64,000 nucleotides of DNA from Caecitellus pseudoparvulus. Taxonomy: Eukaryota; Protista; Bigyra: Bicosoecida. Below, one piece after another: positions 60,600 to 64,000 of this stretch. How positions within the stretch are numbered: position 1 is the stretch's first letter; every line of letters starts with the position of its first letter. Below the pieces are notes generated by a model, which saw nothing but the letters and a program-made list of their open reading frames with translations, was not told where the DNA came from and did not search any database. Both the position numbers and the translations under genes were made by a program. The stretch spans positions 143,860 to 207,859 of the forward strand of contig CBFFRQ010000017.1 of NCBI GenBank assembly GCA_965644315.1, read 5' to 3'.

Positions 60600-63595
60600 A
60601 GCCAGAGGTTGAAACAGGCTCATGCAAGGGAAGTTCCGTGGTGGCGCGCAAGAGAGCAACAGGTGTGAAAGCGGGGAATATGCGAAACAATAATTTGACA
60701 AGCCTGTGGACATGCAGGTACAGCAGCTGTGTCGGTACGTTTGCGAAGAATGCCGCAGGGTCAATGTGCGGAAATCGCTTAGGAAAGCGACACGCCAGCG
60801 CGGCACGCACCACCTCCCGACACGATGCACGAGAAGAAAGGTTCACAGCGAGGGCGTACGAACATTTTTCCGAGTATTCTGCTTTTCAGGCCGGTTTTCT
60901 GTCGCCCATGGGAAGGTTTGGTTTGAGTTGTGCCGAGGCGGAGAGTGTGTCCAGCTTGGCCTCGTGTCTAAAGCTGTGCCAGGGCCACGCCGAGGGAGGC
61001 ATGCAGGGAAGGGATGCGCCAGAGGCACGCACGGACAGGCGTTGTCATTGACTCAGAAGAGTACCGAGAACTTCTCCAGCAGCGAGTTTGCGCGCCACAC
61101 CAAACGAAAGCCAATTTCCCGGGCTTGGAACGCTAAGAGAAAGGCCCGTCCACACACCACTGCAAGGAATTCTCCAGCCAGGGCGCAATCTTCACGTCTC
61201 ATGAAAGCATGATTAGGTGACTCTCCACTCACCAATCTGCCTCCAGCCCTACAGAAGCTGATTCATCCATGATCCTGCCAGGCATGGCGTCAACATCACC
61301 CCTGCCAGCGCAGTCTCCCACACGCTGCCTGCACCCCATGTCGAAAGCAAACCACCTCGCCCTCTGACACGTCTCACTATGCGCACCTTGTGTGCCATTC
61401 GCCTGTGGGAGTGCTACGTCGCGCATGTCCGCGAAGGCATTGTCGAGGTTCAGGCAGCCTTCTGGCGAGACCTCATGCGGCCCTTCGAGGACAAGGTGGA
61501 CTCCTGGAAAGAGACGCTGTTCAGAAAGCACTCCTCTCTCGGCGAATGCCCTGAGGTGCAACATGCGCTGGCCCAAGCCGTGCGCCGAGCCAGGAAGCAT
61601 GTTGTGAGCATGGTGCGATCCAGCACAAGTGTGAAGGCTCTGCGGGATGCCATCCTGCACATCTACCATGCCGCTGTCAAGCCGCATGTGGAGGGGTACC
61701 TGCAGGCCCTCACACGCTTCGCTGACACCATCAGCGTGGACTGGACCTTTGCATCTTCGGCCCGGGTGCACGTCGCGGGCCCACAGCCACTGCGCAGGGC
61801 CAGAGCTGTGCCAGCGAGCCCACAGCACGAGCTGGACGAGGAAGCGCCTGAAGATGAGCCGGACGGGGAAGCAGACAGCGGCAGCGACAGCGACGAGGGT
61901 GCAGAGGAGAGAGCCTGTGCGGGCAGCGGAGGCCGGGCCATGCGGGCCTCAGGCAAGACTCGGTGGCGAGTGGCTCCCAGCATAGCCACGGTTGTGGGCC
62001 GGTACGGCTTCATCCTGCAGCCTCCTATGTTCACGGGCTACGAGAGCGCGGCAAACTTGGCCTGGGTCCTGGACTCCTTACTGCACAGGCTGAAGGGACA
62101 CCTGCGGGAGCGCGGCCCGGCGGCGTCCCACCCCAGCGTCATCACAATGGACAACCTCAGAACCCACCAGCACGCCCTGCGGGCAATCATCGACGTGCAC
62201 TTCCCACTTCTGCCGAAAGGCGTGGTGCGGTTCGCGGTGGACCCGTGGCACTTTGCCAGACGCGTGGCCAAGGCCACTGCCAAGCGAGCCTTGCACCAAG
62301 ATGGCCCACTCTTCATCAGGCTGTGGTTTGATACAGTGGAGTGGATCCGGACGCCTGCACTGGGCGTGATGTCTCCCAAGTTGCTCCCGCCAGGGGAAGC
62401 CATCGCTCGGCAACGAGCTGCCTTGAACGTTCCTAAACCCGCCGACATCCAAGCCTTCATCGACTGCGCCTGCCGCATCTTGCGACGCAAGTCCCTTTCT
62501 GACTCCCAAAAGACACAAGTCCAAGAATTCCTCACAGTCTATGGGTGGGCTCTGTACGGGCCAGGGCGTGCAGCTGGGGCAGCTGCGAGCCTTCGCAAGC
62601 ACGCCCCCCTCGCTCTGGCTGCTGCCTGTGCCACTTCAGCAGGCATGCTACTCCATCGGGGCCAAGGAGATCACTTCACACCAACTCAGGCTGGGCTGCA
62701 CCCAGGCGGGGTGCCCATCCTTCCCCTCCACATTGGACCCTGCACTCACAAACAGGCCTCAGCGTCACTGGAACGAACTGCAAGCCTGTTTCGCCAGGTG
62801 TGGGTGCCTCCATCGCAGGGTGGCGCAGGCACAGCCGTGCAAGGCCGCATCACACGCGGCATCCTGGATCCCAAGTCCTCCTTCCCCGCCACTCGCGCTC
62901 AGGTCAAGGCGTCATTGCAGAACGATGTGGGGCTCCAAGGCTTGCTGGGTTGGCGTGACGCGGTGCACGGCGCCACCACCACCGGGGGCAATGAGAGCCT
63001 GCACTCAGGCATGCGGCACATGGTGTCAGCGGGCACATCCACTCGCCCGGATATCGCCGACAAGAACCTCGCGCTGTACTGGCTGGAGAAGAACCAGGCC
63101 ATTGCTGCCAAGTTGCTGTCAAAGTCTGCAAGCGATGACTGCCGGCAAGAAGAGACACACAGCAAGTCTCATGACACCGCAGCCACCCTGCAGCTTTGCT
63201 CTGTACTGACTGGTGAAGTCGGTGGCTTTGCTCGAGGTGCCCTGTCAGCAGCCTTGCAGAGCTGCCTGGATACGCCTGCACCGACCACATTCGAGGAAGC
63301 CAAGGCCTGTGGCCTGCCCCTGTACCACAAGGCCAGCTCGTCTGTCACGCCAGAGGTTGAGCTAGACATTCGCCGACTGCTCATCGAGGAGCGGGAGGCG
63401 CAGGAGGCCAAGACTGCCAGGTACAGCCCCAAGACAGCAGCGTCCCGCATCGCCTCAGCCGCTCACGCCACTGTCGGCCAAGTCGAGCGAGTGGCCAGCA
63501 AGGTGCAGCGAGAAGAAGAGCAGTTTGCCCAACAGGAGAAGCGAGCAAGGCACCATGGTCTCAGTTCGCCGAGTGCCAAGCGTGCGCGATGCTGA
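60600..63595 (+). mobile_element. Mutator/ISL3-like DDE transposase gene; intact 738-aa core (61379-63595) with decayed 5' part
   Basis: ISVDWTF (D1), VITMDN (D2), AVDPWH (DxxH), TGGNESLHS (E), basic NLS-like C-terminus; upstream fragments (CRYVCEEC) interrupted by stops and frameshifts. No termini identified. Confidence 0.7.
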
Positions 63596-64000
63596 GGGCT
63601 GGAGCAGGGCCACCGGCTCTGCGACTGGACGAAGGGAGTTTCATCGACACACAGGCCAGCCAGGACCCCGAGGCTAGACGCGTGGTATGAGAGACTTGCA
63701 GAACAATTCAAAGCTTCATCAAATCACCTGTAGGGTATGGACCTCCCAGCTTTTCAGAGTCGGTAGAGTGCAGCCCAATGCAGAGATATCGCAGGCCTCG
63801 TGGATTGTCGTGGTGAAGCAAAGCGAAACGCCACACCAGCCCTGTGCAGCGCTCTCTGGCGGGGGCAGCACAACCTACAGGCATGCTTTGGGCAGGATGA
63901 CTTGAAGGGTATCCATTGGATTGTATCCAGCACACGATATCGGCCAAATCCTGCGGAAACAAAACAAAATCCCACAGAGAGCGTAAAGTGTTTCACGTCA

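Noticed and set aside
61210-61261. Programmed TGA readthrough or selenocysteine upstream of the transposase
   Set aside because: Accompanied by frameshifts, with no SECIS or readthrough context seen; decay or sequencing error is simpler.
1-64000. Alternative genetic code, since none of about 23 modelled genes ends in TAA
   Set aside because: No in-frame TAA was needed in any conserved gene; high GC explains the TGA/TAG preference.
1-64000. Many long antisense and alternate-frame ORFs in the ORF track
   Set aside because: Shadow ORFs expected in GC-rich coding DNA; no recognisable motifs.

Overview
Compact, GC-rich (roughly 65% by eye) eukaryotic nuclear DNA with short GT-AG introns (mostly 61-94 nt; donors mostly GTGAGT/GTGCGT/GTACGN, C-rich CAG acceptors). 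Gene content and style suggest a flagellated heterotrophic protist, probably a stramenopile (inference only). Positions 1-54.1 kb hold about 20 tightly packed genes: two coiled-coil proteins, FATP/very-long-chain acyl-CoA synthetase, kinesin-13, GpsA-type G3PDH, UGDH, an mL80-like protein, RPLP1, HGD, a Qc-SNARE, MRPS6, an NDUFA4/B12D-like protein, a UBE2G/Ubc7-like E2, a 4705-aa VPS13-like protein, a GRAB golgin, a CFAP45-like protein, SRP72, TAF1, an importin-13/transportin-SR-like protein and a membrane-anchored CAMK kinase. Positions 54.5-64 kb are accessory: two convergent paralogous 38-aa ankyrin-repeat genes (about 32 versus 6 repeats) and a Mutator/ISL3-like DDE transposase with a decayed 5' end. 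Most notable observations: (1) an apparently obligatory 2-nt micro-exon between two 73-nt introns; (2) a strand-specific (C)AATGCA motif just after many stop codons, a candidate non-canonical polyadenylation signal; (3) a recurrent CAATTTCCGC upstream element; (4) RGS-like and PH-like domains inserted in the VPS13-like protein; (5) the variable-length ankyrin family with conserved caps beside a transposase. All gene models were spliced by hand and all family calls come from recalled motifs; no searches were run.
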